DNA from: Setoptus koraiensis
Taxonomy: Eukaryota > Animalia > Arthropoda
DNA: 64,000 nt
Direction of reading: 5' to 3'
Assembly (NCBI GenBank): GCA_048013815.1
Contig: CM106585.1
Coordinates: 23,188,001 to 23,252,000, forward strand
The notes under the pieces were generated by a model, which saw only the letters and a program-made list of their open reading frames with translations, had not been told where the DNA came from and made no database searches. Below, piece after piece: positions 15,017 through 26,700 of the stretch (the stretch's first letter is position 1; each line of letters begins with the position of its first letter). The position numbers were made by a program, and so were the translations under genes.

Positions 15017-15539
15017 ATGCCGTTCAAAATGCCAGAACAACCTAAATGCCCCAAATGCAGCAAATCAGTGTACGCTGCAGAGGAAATGTTGGCCGCCGGA
15101 TCCAAATGGCACAAGCAGTGCTTCAAATGTGGTAAGTAATTAAAATTGTTGTTTAACCAATATAACACCATTAATCCATGATATAATTGGACTGCACCAA
15201 CCACTGAGTTGTGTTTGTGTGTAATTAGAATAATAAAAATCATCATCTTGTGATTGCGTCACTCAATTAACAACAACAACAACAACAATAACAACATGGA
15301 TAATAACAACAATTGATTGATTATTGTCATCTTCAGGTCTCTGCCACAAACGTTTGGACTCAACAAACGCCACTGAACACGGAGGAGATCTATACTGTAA
15401 GCAATGCTACGGTCGTAAGTTCGGACCTAAAGGATACGGATTTGGTGGTGGTGCAGGTTGTCTAACCATGGACAAAGGTGAACATCTTGGAAACACCGAA
15501 TGTGAGATGACCAACAGACCACATAACACAAACGTATAA
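15017..15539 (+). CDS. Mlp60A: Muscle LIM protein (CRP/MLP family, single LIM + Gly-rich tail), 105 aa
   Basis: join(15017..15131, 15337..15539), phase-1 GT-AG intron. [69 protein letters not shown] is a canonical CSRP/MLP LIM domain plus glycine-rich motif. Confidence 0.93.
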
Positions 15540-15874
15540 TTTGATACTTAACAGCGACAACAACTACGATTAATATTGCTATGTTGTATATCCTACGCGG
15601 ACTACAAACATATGAACAAAAACGAGTCAAGTAAAGGCCAGAGAAATCAAATAAATGATGAGAAGAAAAAAATGACAAGGCAAAAAAGAAGAGAAGGAGA
15701 GTGAGAACGAGAGAAGAAGAGAGAGAAAGAGAGAGGGAGAAAAAGTCAAACAAAAACGACGGAGAAGAAGTATCATAATAATAATATAATAATAATATTC
15801 ATAATATAATGAAAAAATATTAATAATAAAACAATAATTAAGATGAGATAACAACGGTGTCCTATTGATTACTA

Positions 15875-16783
15875 CTAAAATTCTGTAATGCTCTCTTTCC
15901 ATAGCTCAAAGGTTTGCTGTCCAGCGTCGTGAGCTGATATGTTGTAGAAGCAAACAGAACCAGTGTCGTCCACTACGGCAAACATAACTTTGCCATCGTT
16001 ACCATTCATCGTGGGAGCAACCCCTGTAGGAGGTTGATCATATTTAGACACAATCACAATATGAAAATCTGGCTTTCCGGGAACATCTTTGCGGGGCTTA
16101 TTTTTGACAAAAGTATCTTTGATATAGACATCAAAAGTGACATTAGAAACACCACAATCAGTGCCGTAGGTTGAAGATTGTCGTTCGTTGGGTCCGTTCA
16201 ACATGAGTTTAGCCAATATGGCCTCCATTGTGAGATCACAGTCAGCAAGACCGATGAGTGGACTAGTGTCAGTCTGTTCGACATCATTATTGGAATCTAG
16301 CGGAATTTTGTCATCAATTTTTTGTTGTTCACAGTCAGTTGAAATGGGACTGTGGGGCAGAACACAAAAGCCGGCTGTTGTTAGTTTTTGAAATACAATG
16401 TATTCCTTGAATTGTCTATCAGAGCGCAAAAACAAGTGATATGCTTCAGCGAGACTAAGTTGCACTTGATTGTATAGGATCAATATAAGCTCGGCCTCGA
16501 AACAAAACAGTGCCTCATATAAGCTGAGAAATATTCCATCCTTGTTTTGCTTTCCTAATCCCAGCGGAACGTTCTTGAGAGTGGGTATTTTCACCAATTG
16601 CAAATGGTCATCGTAGTGCCCTTGAAATTCATAGGTGATGTGCTTGGTGTGGCCAATAGATTCAAACAATTTATCGAGAGCAGCCCGAGTTCTGGCTTGT
16701 GTCTGTAGCTTTTCACTCTCATCACTGGGCAGATAATTTCTCTTGCCGGTGGTTAAATTTGAATTCTCCTCATTGTCCAACAT
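15875..16783 (-). CDS. TSEN54: tRNA-splicing endonuclease subunit Sen54-like, intronless, 302 aa
   Basis: Motifs LSLYEALFCFEAELILI..QVQLSLAEAYHLFL..EYIVFQKLTTAGFCV and C-terminal PDFHIVIV..VMFAVVDDTGSVCFY resemble Sen54 (recognised by eye, no HMM run). Confidence 0.75.
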   Translation of the reverse strand: MLDNEENSNLTTGKRNYLPSDESEKLQTQARTRAALDKLFESIGHTKHITYEFQGHYDDHLQLVKIPTLKNVPLGLGKQNKDGIFLSLYEALFCFEAELILILYNQVQLSLAEAYHLFLRSDRQFKEYIVFQKLTTAGFCVLPHSPISTDCEQQKIDDKIPLDSNNDVEQTDTSPLIGLADCDLTMEAILAKLMLNGPNERQSSTYGTDCGVSNVTFDVYIKDTFVKNKPRKDVPGKPDFHIVIVSKYDQPPTGVAPTMNGNDGKVMFAVVDDTGSVCFYNISAHDAGQQTFELWKESITEF

Positions 16784-17139
16784 TATATGATGTCCGGGTT
16801 TTCCGGCATTTAGTTACTCAATCGAGAGTGGTTGGCCTAAAGATGACAATGGAAATGTTTTTCTATTTATTTACTCTATACATTTACACTGTGTTTATTT
16901 ATTTTTTTCTACGTTTTTGTACGTACACTGTGTGCACTGTTATACTGCTTGCCGGCCTTAAATCGTGCGCGAAATTCGATGTGTGATGCGGCTCGTAGGC
17001 GCTGTATATCATATGTTCTCTGTTTTGTTGTCATTGTTGTACAAATCAAAATTTTTGTCCAGTATTTATCATTACTTTGTATAATTATTGTTATCACTAT
17101 CATTAATACATATCTGTCTTGCCCATTACTCCTATCAAT
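16784..17139. promoter_or_regulatory. Probable bidirectional promoter region between TSEN54 and USP6NL
   Basis: Head-to-head start codons are 356 bp apart; promoter function is inferred from geometry only. Confidence 0.5.
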
Positions 17140-18273
17140 ATGGAGGATAGAGAGCGCATCGACATTGTGGACAACTATAGGGCTGATAAAGTGCATGATA
17201 AAACAGACACTTGGGAGGATCCACAATGGGAAATATATCATATCACAGATCGCTATGGTTTTATGCACAAAGAGAAACTACCCGACAAACTAAGCGAATT
17301 TGAGATCAAAACAAACAAATTAGAGAATAGGAGACAACAAAAATGGCTCAAGATGCTAAATAATTGGAATTATTTCACCAGCGAACCAATCGAATCAAAA
17401 TTGCAAAGTAGAATACACAAGGGAATACCGGACGCATTGAGAGGCGAAGTATGGAAACGGCTATTGGGTGTGCCACGTTTACTAAAAGAACAAGAGGGCA
17501 AATATCAGGAGATGCTCGAATGGGGCTTGAAAAATTCCGACGATATTAGACAAATAGATCTGGATGTTAATAGAACATTTAGGAATCATATAATGTTTAG
17601 AGAACGTTATAATACAAAACAACAAATGTTGTTTAGGATACTAGTTGCCTACAGTGTTTATAATTCAGAGATCGGCTATTGTCAGGGCATGTCTCAAATA
17701 GCAGCATTGTTATTAATGTATCTCAACGAGGAGGACGCTTTCTGGGGTCTATCTATTTTAATGTCAGGTGATAGGTACGCAATGCATGGCTTTTTTATAC
17801 CAGGATTCCCCAAACTAGTCCGCTTTTCCGCACATCACGATCACGTAGTGGAAAAATTATTACCAAAAATTTATAAACATTTCAAAAAATTTGATATTAG
17901 CTCAACGTTATATACTTTAAAATGGTTCTTTCAATGTTTCCTTGATCGAGTTCCATTTACGCTGACATTAAGATTGTGGGACTGTTACATTTATCATGGC
18001 GAAGTTATATTAACTGGTATGAGTTATACATTATTACGATTGCACAAGAGTAAAATACTCAAAAAAAATCTAGAAGAACTTATTGAATTCTTACAAGTAG
18101 ATCTCGAACGTGATTTTGGTTATCACGATGACGAAACTATTCACGCTTTATTTAAATCCATACAACAACTAAAACAAGTCGATCTCGTTTATCCAAAAGA
18201 TAAACCATCACCGAACGAATTTCCAAAAAAACCATTCGGATTCAAAGTACCAGTAACAGTAGCAGATGATTAA
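17140..18273 (+). CDS. USP6NL: Rab-GAP TBC-domain protein, USP6NL/RN-tre orthologue, 377 aa
   Basis: The ORF-track start at 17119 is TTG; the first ATG is at 17140. N-terminus ERIDIVDNY..WEDPQWEIYHITDRYGFMH matches USP6NL/RN-tre. TBC motifs IDLDVNRT (R finger) and YCQGM (Q finger) are intact. Confidence 0.9.
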   Translation: MEDRERIDIVDNYRADKVHDKTDTWEDPQWEIYHITDRYGFMHKEKLPDKLSEFEIKTNKLENRRQQKWLKMLNNWNYFTSEPIESKLQSRIHKGIPDALRGEVWKRLLGVPRLLKEQEGKYQEMLEWGLKNSDDIRQIDLDVNRTFRNHIMFRERYNTKQQMLFRILVAYSVYNSEIGYCQGMSQIAALLLMYLNEEDAFWGLSILMSGDRYAMHGFFIPGFPKLVRFSAHHDHVVEKLLPKIYKHFKKFDISSTLYTLKWFFQCFLDRVPFTLTLRLWDCYIYHGEVILTGMSYTLLRLHKSKILKKNLEELIEFLQVDLERDFGYHDDETIHALFKSIQQLKQVDLVYPKDKPSPNEFPKKPFGFKVPVTVADD

Positions 18274-18572
18274 ACTTTTTAAACTAATTATTATTAACAC
18301 CTCTACCGCACTGTAAAACCCTAATACCAAGTCATCATAGACTATATCGGTTTAACATTGCAAACAGAGATCAATTAAGTTTATTTGATACTATTATTGT
18401 ATTATTATGTAAGAAAGATAACAAAACATGAGAAAAACATGTTTCTCATTGATTGCAAACAATAGTATGTGAATTAGCTTCTGCTAATATTTTTTGCTTT
18501 CTCTCTTTAAATATTAAATTTGGCACCTCTAGAGGTCAACCATAAAAGCTATTGGAATTGGCAAGACATCTA

Positions 18573-18903
18573 CTGTGTGCCATTTCTTTCGCCGATGATT
18601 CTCGTGTGATTTTTTCTATCCCACCAGGAGCGCGCAAGGCGTGTTTGGGTGCGCACACAAGGGCAGAGTGATGTATTAAATGTTTATTTAATTTGATTCA
18701 ATCGCATGCATGAGAGCAACGAGCGCACGTGTTTTTTGACGCAAGGTGGCGCATCGGCTCTTCACGTTACGGTGCGCGATCCTGCAGATGAGCGCTCCCC
18801 AAGATCAACTGCTACCCGCTCAAGTTGCGTACGATGAATCAAGTGCGCCGCCCTGGCGGAGTGAAAAAAAATGCGCGAAAGCCATAGGCAAAAGCGCGCA
18901 CTG
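18573..18903. mobile_element. Degenerate MITE-like element related to the 44147-44488 element
   Basis: Begins TA|CTGTGTGC like the 44147 copy, shares an identical 18-mer AGTGCGCCGCCCTGGCGG (18842-18859 vs 44425-44442) and a similar right end (aaagccataggcaaaagcgcgcactgtact); similar length, with eroded TIRs. Confidence 0.55.
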
Positions 18904-18949
18904 TACTAAATTGGGTCCAATTGTTTTTCGACAGAATAAGATATAACAA

Positions 18950-20098
18950 CTATAATGCATTCAATTGCAACATGGTTTGAAAGTGACATATATTATTCTG
19001 TACTAAATAACTTATTTCGATGGGAGCTTTACTGTCAACTCGGCAAAGTTGATCAATGTGATGCTTCAATCTGATCTTTTCATCTACTATCGATGCCAAA
19101 TGGCTTGATATCTGATGATCTTGTATGAGAGCTCGTTTGTTGCTTCTCGTCGAGTGCCTCCTCTCAAAGCCTCCCTTACCTTCTTTGTGAGTATTCCTGT
19201 GTTTCTTTTTCTTTTCAATTTTACACACATGATGGTGTTCCGGTTCCTCATCGACTACCGTTATGATTCTCATTTCCCGCTTCTCTTCTTTGTCTTTTCT
19301 GCGTCTTCTTATGAAAATTATACGAAGAATTCCCAATATAATCCTGGCGATTCGAGCAGCATTAAGAGCAGCTTCGAAGAGCAAAAATAGGTAGAAAAAC
19401 GGGTTAATCAATAGTAATAATAATCTCAATAGGCCACGAAGAAGTAACACCAATGCTCTCAGTAGGAGTATCAGTGGCAACAATAGTAGCCTCAATGGCA
19501 ACAACAGAATACGAAGTAATGCTGCTAATAGTCTCAATGGCAAGAGCAATGGGTTGACTCGGCGCGTCAATTTTGGTGCTGATAGTGTCGATATTCTTCT
19601 AACTATTCTGTTTCCACCACTCGATGACGTTTGTCCATCATGTCGTCTACTCCTACTCAAAAATGTTCGGAAGAAGTTTCTTCCATCTAGTTTCAGTTTT
19701 GATGAATACAACCTAGGTCCTCTTGATATCACTATAGTTGGTTGGTACTTCCGATGATCGATGAATGTCGGTGTTTGTTGTTTGCCAATAGAGTGCAAAC
19801 TTTGTTTGTTCCGCATCAAACGGATATTGGCCAAGACTTGATCGATTTCGTGAAGGAAATTTTGTGCTATATCAAACTCTTCATAAAGTAATTTTGAAGA
19901 AACAGTTTTGTTGTTGTTAATTATCACTTTGACATATTCTTCACAAATGTTGTTTTTAGGAACAGATTTTTGATAACAGTATTCAAGAAGATTCGCTACA
20001 TTGTTTTGACTGAATTCGGCGCGGACTAGAATGCCACAAACAAGCACAATAACTATGGGATAAACGTAAAACGTTAAGGAATTGTCATCTTTTGCCAT
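18950..20098 (-). CDS. Orphan protein, 382 aa: N-terminal signal/TM segment, ~80-aa Leu/Arg-rich hydrophobic tract, multibasic sites
   Basis: Intronless 1149-nt ORF from ATG. Hydrophobic segment FYVYPIVIVLVCGILVRA; residues 181-263 are almost all L/I/A/R/P/F. No family recognised. Confidence 0.75.
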   Translation of the reverse strand: MAKDDNSLTFYVYPIVIVLVCGILVRAEFSQNNVANLLEYCYQKSVPKNNICEEYVKVIINNNKTVSSKLLYEEFDIAQNFLHEIDQVLANIRLMRNKQSLHSIGKQQTPTFIDHRKYQPTIVISRGPRLYSSKLKLDGRNFFRTFLSRSRRHDGQTSSSGGNRIVRRISTLSAPKLTRRVNPLLLPLRLLAALLRILLLPLRLLLLPLILLLRALVLLLRGLLRLLLLLINPFFYLFLLFEAALNAARIARIILGILRIIFIRRRRKDKEEKREMRIITVVDEEPEHHHVCKIEKKKKHRNTHKEGKGGFERRHSTRSNKRALIQDHQISSHLASIVDEKIRLKHHIDQLCRVDSKAPIEISYLVQNNICHFQTMLQLNAL

Positions 20099-23000
20099 AG
20101 TTGAAGACTTTCATCTGCGAAGATGATTCAATAATATTTATTCCATTTGTCGTCAGTGTGCGAAAGCTCATGATGAATCCTCGTCCTCTCGAAGCATGGA
20201 CTTTATATATTCCACCCTGATCCACCATGCGAACACCCATTCGGCTTGTTTCAGATAAAATATTTATAGATATATTTGTCATATCTGTTACCTGTACTCT
20301 AGGATTGAGCAACACCGTTCCGAATGGATCTTAGACAAAATTGTTAATTAACTCAGATATAGTTATTGTTGTTGCGAGCATTGTTTTGGTGTTTTCTGGT
20401 GAGTAAGTTGTAAGTAACAATTATGCAAGCACAAAACCGACACTAGTAATTATGTAAGGCGAAAACAAATATTCCCGATGTGCTTGAGCGATTTTTACAA
20501 ATAGATGCACAAATGGCAGCAATCAGTCTGTATTCCACCCCCACCTAAGGCTAACCATTTTGAACAAATTGACTTCTCGGCGATGTCACTTTCAATACTT
20601 GCTATTGGACAAGGAATTCATTTTTCAAGCCAATAATAGATCTATAGGGAAGCGTGTTATGAGCTCAATGTTCCACTTTGAAAGTGATGAAAACATCTGC
20701 ACTAATGTTACTTGTTAGACGAACATGCTTTATGACTTCCAAAACACAATTCGTGTGTCCCGACACCTTTTCGCCAATGGTAAAGATAGATAGAATGCAA
20801 CTAGATATCTCTGAATTAATTATGACAAGTAAACATGGTTTCCAATCAAGGAGAGACTGGTATGTGATTGTCATTGAATAGACTTCACTCAAGCGGGAGT
20901 GAATCAATCATTGCACCCAAAAAGTCTTCCATTGTCTGTTAATGTTATCAGTGTTAGATATGCAGCGAAATGGTCGATTAATGATGACGCTATTGATATC
21001 AAGCCATCGATTGATGGACCAGCTACAATTATGAGCTATAAAGATATCTCATGATAGGCCCAAAAAATGTAGCGGTTTATATGGTAACATAGCGATTCAT
21101 GATTAAATATTAATAGCTACACAGAAGTTCAATCTACATATTAGCTCCAATCTACCGTGGGTAGTTGTTTGCATGTATGAAAGCACTTCATTAGATCGGA
21201 CAACTCCTTTCCACCCCACCCCAACAACTGAATTAACTCAATTATACAATTCAAGTGGAAGTAGGTAAACCGAATGATGCATCTGTTGTTTGTTATGATT
21301 AACACCTGAACGTAGGCTAAGCAAACTAAAGCAAGCGAGAGCAACAATAGGATGACAACAGACTAGTCAATGTGGTTACAGCTCAGGTTATAATTGCGGT
21401 TGAATTCGCACTTGATCATTATTCTGATCAAACGGAGCAAAGTTAGTCATTGAAAGCAGCTAATGCGATGAAAAACAATACAAAAACAAGCTGATGAGTA
21501 TAATAAAGAATGGAACTAGATAAACAACACCCGACATAAGCAACTAACATAACACAATTCTTGTAGGTGTCAGATTTCAGTGTGGTCACAATCAATCATC
21601 ACGAATGTTGTTGCATGAATAGATCGATCTTATCACCAACAACAACAACACAACAGATATTTTCTATCAGTTGGCCAAAGAGTATCGTTAAGAGTTAATA
21701 AAGCCTGACTGAGTGTGCCAACCATTTGATCTGATGTTCGCATACCAGCTTGAGTATTGTTCGGAATGGGCCTCGTCTACGTATCTAATTAGTCGGCTAA
21801 TTTCAAAACACAGAACAACCTTATACTACTATGACTATCAAAAAGAGCTTTGAGTAAGTTTCGAGTGCAAAGAAAAGTTGCACTAGTGCCAATAAACAAG
21901 AGCAGCTGAATTTTTGGCAAGACTCGCCAATAGATTCATATGTACACTATGTTTGTAGTGTGAGCTTGTGAAGCAAACGGATTTGCTTGTTGATGAAATT
22001 TTCTAGTCATTGTGTATTGAGAACAATGATCGCTTTCTTGATTTTCCAGTTGTTGCTATTATGATTGCAGTTGGTGTAAGTTTTGAGTGTGTGTTTGTGT
22101 GTGAAGCAAGTGAAAGCGGTTTGTTTCAGCTAAAGTTGCCTCTAATGGCGGTTATTTAGATTTCGAGCTTCATTAATAGAGACACATTAGAATTAATTAG
22201 TAATACTGGGTGACATGAGACATGTGTGTGGATAATCATAATTCCATTTTGTGTTAATTTAAGTGCGCCACCGACTATTATGGTCTTACATCTATAAAGA
22301 AACATACTAATTAGTAGTAATGTAAACAAGATAGTGCCGAAAGATGTTGCTTGTACATTTTAGTTCCTTCTTATCACCATTATTATTGTTGAAGTGAATT
22401 TAACATTTGTTGTTTGTCGGTTCAGCACAATTAATTGTTGGAGTAAGTCTGTTGACATGTGAGAATTATATCAAACTATCACAACAACAACAACAACAAC
22501 AACAACAGCTACTTTTATTGTGTTATCTAACAATTGTGAGAGGGCATTTGGAGATTTTGATCTAAAAACAACAACCTGATAATTGGTTTGTCGAGCGCAA
22601 TAGCTACCGCTTATGCCGCTTATAAACACCAGTGGCTAACTGGCTATTAACTTGAGCGAGTGTCTTTCGATTTTATTGGGAGTATTAGTTGAGAGTGTAT
22701 GGCGTTGAGGTGAAAAGAGGAATAAGAAAATAAGCGAAAATACTCACTGACCCGGATTCTTCTTACCGACGTCATAGTCGTCATCACCGTTGTTCCAAGC
22801 AGCACAATCTAAGCATATGAGCATCGCAGCATACAAGCATCTCGGCATCTGAGCGTCTCGGCGGCAGCAAGTGAATGATTTCAACGGAGCAACAGCTTCG
22901 ATGATTGCTCTGATGCAGCGACGGCCGCAACAACTGGCTGCGGCGAGCTGCATCAGATGCGGCCGCTATCGCGATTCTGGTGGAAACGGCAACAGCAGCA

Positions 23001-23765
23001 TCAGTGGTAAGACTGTTTCCTCGGTGCCCTACTGGGTGTTCGAAATTCGAAGTTCGAAATTCGAATAAGAACGAGCATAGGAGTTGCTGGCCGCACATAA
23101 GCACTGTGCCCGGCGCATATTTTGTGCCGGGCTGCCGCAGTACAATTTATCGGGGACGGTGTGCCGAGGAAGCACAGATCTGTTGCACAGAGATTGTGCT
23201 TTGTTGAGAGTGAGTCAAGCGCAAGGTAACAACGGTGAGTGTGCAGTGTAAACTGTGTGTGTGAATTCTAACGATGCTTGCGCTTTGCGCTCATTTTGCT
23301 CGTCTCCTGTTGGCAGTTGTAAGTTGCAAGTTTTGTTTTTTGCACAAGTCGAAATATTCTATCTTCATCATCATCATCTGGTCCGTTTGTGATGATGAAA
23401 ATGCACACACACAAACAGACAGACAAACAGACAGACAAACAAACACACAAATTCATTCGTTCGTTCGCTCATTGGGACACACAGACACAAATATTCACAT
23501 ATATAGAATGACCACAAGAACTGATAATGTGTGTGTATATTATTATTATTATATATATTCACTAATATATATCTGTATTTATTATTATTATTACTATTAT
23601 TATTATCATCACCATAACTACTCTTATCATGATTATTACAACAACATTTGATTGAAGACGACAAAATCAGTATTATCATCATTATAGATATATAAATATT
23701 ACTATTGAAAACATTATATCAACAACAATAGATCATTGGTGCTAGCGAATCATTGTTGTTACACC

Positions 23766-26700
23766 ATGGATCAATCCGATCAACAGGCTGCCGGAATGGA
23801 ATGGTCATTCTCTTGGACTGACAGCACTGAATCGCAGATTCTTCGCAACTATGTTGTCAACTTTCTAAATCAGCCCACTGATAGAGAATATCCAGATTTA
23901 TGCCAATTACCCGACCTCACCGAACAGACATTGTTGGAAAATTTAAGAGCGCGCTTCGAGAGTAGCAATATATACACCTATGTTGGCTCCATTCTTGTTG
24001 CCGTTAATCCGTTTAAGATATTTCCAATATATCAGCCAAACATGGTGCAACTGTACCAAGGCGGTCGTCTTGGTGAATTTCCACCACACATATTTGCCAT
24101 TGCCGATGCCTCATATCAGACTATGCTAAGGCGACGCACAAATCAAACTATTGTGATCTCAGGCGAATCAGGCTCAGGTAAAACAACAAATACCAACCTG
24201 TTACTTCATCATCTTACATCATTGTCACGAAAAGGAGCAGGCTATGGTGTGGAACAGACACTTATAAGCGCCGGTCCCGTTTTAGAGGCATTCGGAAACG
24301 CCAAAACAAAACATAATAATAACTCAAGTCGCTTTGGTAAATTTATTCAAGTCAATTATAGAGAGAATGGTATGGTCAATGGGGCCATTGTACAAAAGTA
24401 TCTACTTGAAAAGTCAAGAATTGTATCTCAAGCAAAAAACGAGAGAAACTATCATGTATTTTACTATATGCTAGCAGGTTCTACGCAAGAAGTCAAAGAG
24501 GAATTTCATCTTACTCAAGCTAGTGACTATTTTTATTTAAACCAAACCGACTGTTACTCCATTGAGGACATTAGTGAGCCATTTGAATTTGAGAGACTAA
24601 AAGACTCCATGTTAGGAGTTGGTTTCTTACCAGAGAAACAGCACAGACTATTTAGTGTGCTTTCAGCTATATTACATTTAGGTAATATTGAATTCACAAA
24701 AAAATCTACTTATCACAGTGATGAAACTGTTCAAGTCAAAGACACCTCTGTCGTTGAGGTTATATCAAAATTATTAGGGATTAAAAAGACAACTCTATTG
24801 AACGCACTCACTTACAAACGAACAAAAGCTGCCAAAGGTGAAACAATAGTTATCAACTACAGGCTACCTGAAGCTATAGCAACCAGAGATGCCATGGCAA
24901 AGTGTCTATATGCCGCCTTGTTTGATTGGATTGTGACAAGAATCAATCAAGCGTTATTGTCCAAAAGACAGAATAGAGAATTCAAGGGAAACCACATAGG
25001 TATATTAGACATTTTTGGGTTTGAAGATTTCGGAGATCAAAACTATTTTGAACAATTCTGCATAAATTTTGCAAACGAGCACCTGCATTTTTATTTCAAT
25101 CAACACGTTTTTAAATATGAACAGGAGGAATACCGCAGAGAAAATATAGCGTGGAAAGAAATTGACTTTGTTGATAATACTGATTGCCTTCGTCTAATTG
25201 AAGGGAGGCCTCATGGTATGCTCTGTTTACTTGACGATCAATGCAATTTCCCAGGCGCTACAAATCAAACGACTTTACAAAAATTTGTAAATCATCATAA
25301 AGACAATCATCTTTTTGAAATACCTCCATGTCGCCAAAGCGCTTTCATCATCAAACACTATGCTGGTAAAGTGAAATATCAAATTACAGATTTTCGTGAG
25401 AAAAATTCTGATCTGATGCGCCCAGATATAGTGGGAGTCCTCAAGAGTAGTCACCTCACCTTTGTTAGAGAATTAGTAGGAACTTGCCCACTAGCAATGT
25501 TTAGATGGCAAGTTTTAAGAGCGTTCTTCAAGGCATATTTTATTTTTAGCAAATTGCGAGAAGCGTCAAAGATCAAGCATAATGGTAGGATAATCTCATC
25601 TCAAACAAACTCGCACTCTGTCAGTTCTTCTACTCCTTCATTCGCGTGTCGATTGCATGGCAATGATACACACTTATGTGCCCACCAAGCTAAAGTATTA
25701 TTCAAAGCTAGCCAAATAATGCAAAAACGACTAAATAAGGAACCTTCGTTTAAAGGCCGTGTTGAAAAAAGTATTAATCTCTTGCAAACTTTGAAACAGT
25801 TGACCGGCAGAGGTAGTCATCACGTCACCGGAAACAGGTCTGGGTCCAAACGAACTCCTACAGTAACTGCTCAATTTCAAGTTTCACTCAACCAACTCAT
25901 GGATACCTTGAATCAAGCTAATCCCTACTTCGTCAGGTGCATCAAGTCGAATGCAGAAAAGAGGCCTAATCACTTTGACGATGTTTGTGTACTGCTACAA
26001 CTTCGTTATACTGGTATGTTGGAGACAGTACGAATACGACAAAGCGGATACTCTGTGAGACTTTTATACACTGAATTTGCTCAACATTACAGGATACTTC
26101 TTGGCAAAGGCGCCTCTAGTCGGGAAGAAGATATCCGGCATTTCCTCATGAAACTAAATTTCAGCCCCGATAACTACCAAATGGGAAAAACGAAAGTTTT
26201 CATGAGAGAAACCGAAAAACTAGCTCTTGATGAAAAACTACATAAAGAAATTCTCAAAAGGATAATCTTATTACAAAGGAGAGTGAGAGCATGGATAGAA
26301 CGTCGAACTTATATACAAAAGAGAAATGCCGCCATAACAATACAGTCACACGTGAGGCGATGGCTAGCACAGAGAAGAATGGACAGTATAAAGAAGATAA
26401 AATCTGACGAAATGTTATTACACTATTCTGCAACAGTGATCCAGAAAACTTGGCGAGGTTACTTCCTTCGGCGCAGATATACAAAGCTCAGGTCAACTGT
26501 GATTATCTTGCAAAACTATATAAGAGCTTATCTTATTCATAAAAGGTATCTTCAGCTGAAGCAGATGAAAGAAAATTGTCCAAGCATTTTGACTAGTCCC
26601 ACAACTTCCATCAATGACCATAGGTCCCCCATGGTCATGTCTAGTGCTGAAAAACCGAGATCAAATAGGATATCATCATATACACCTAGGCAAAGTGTGA

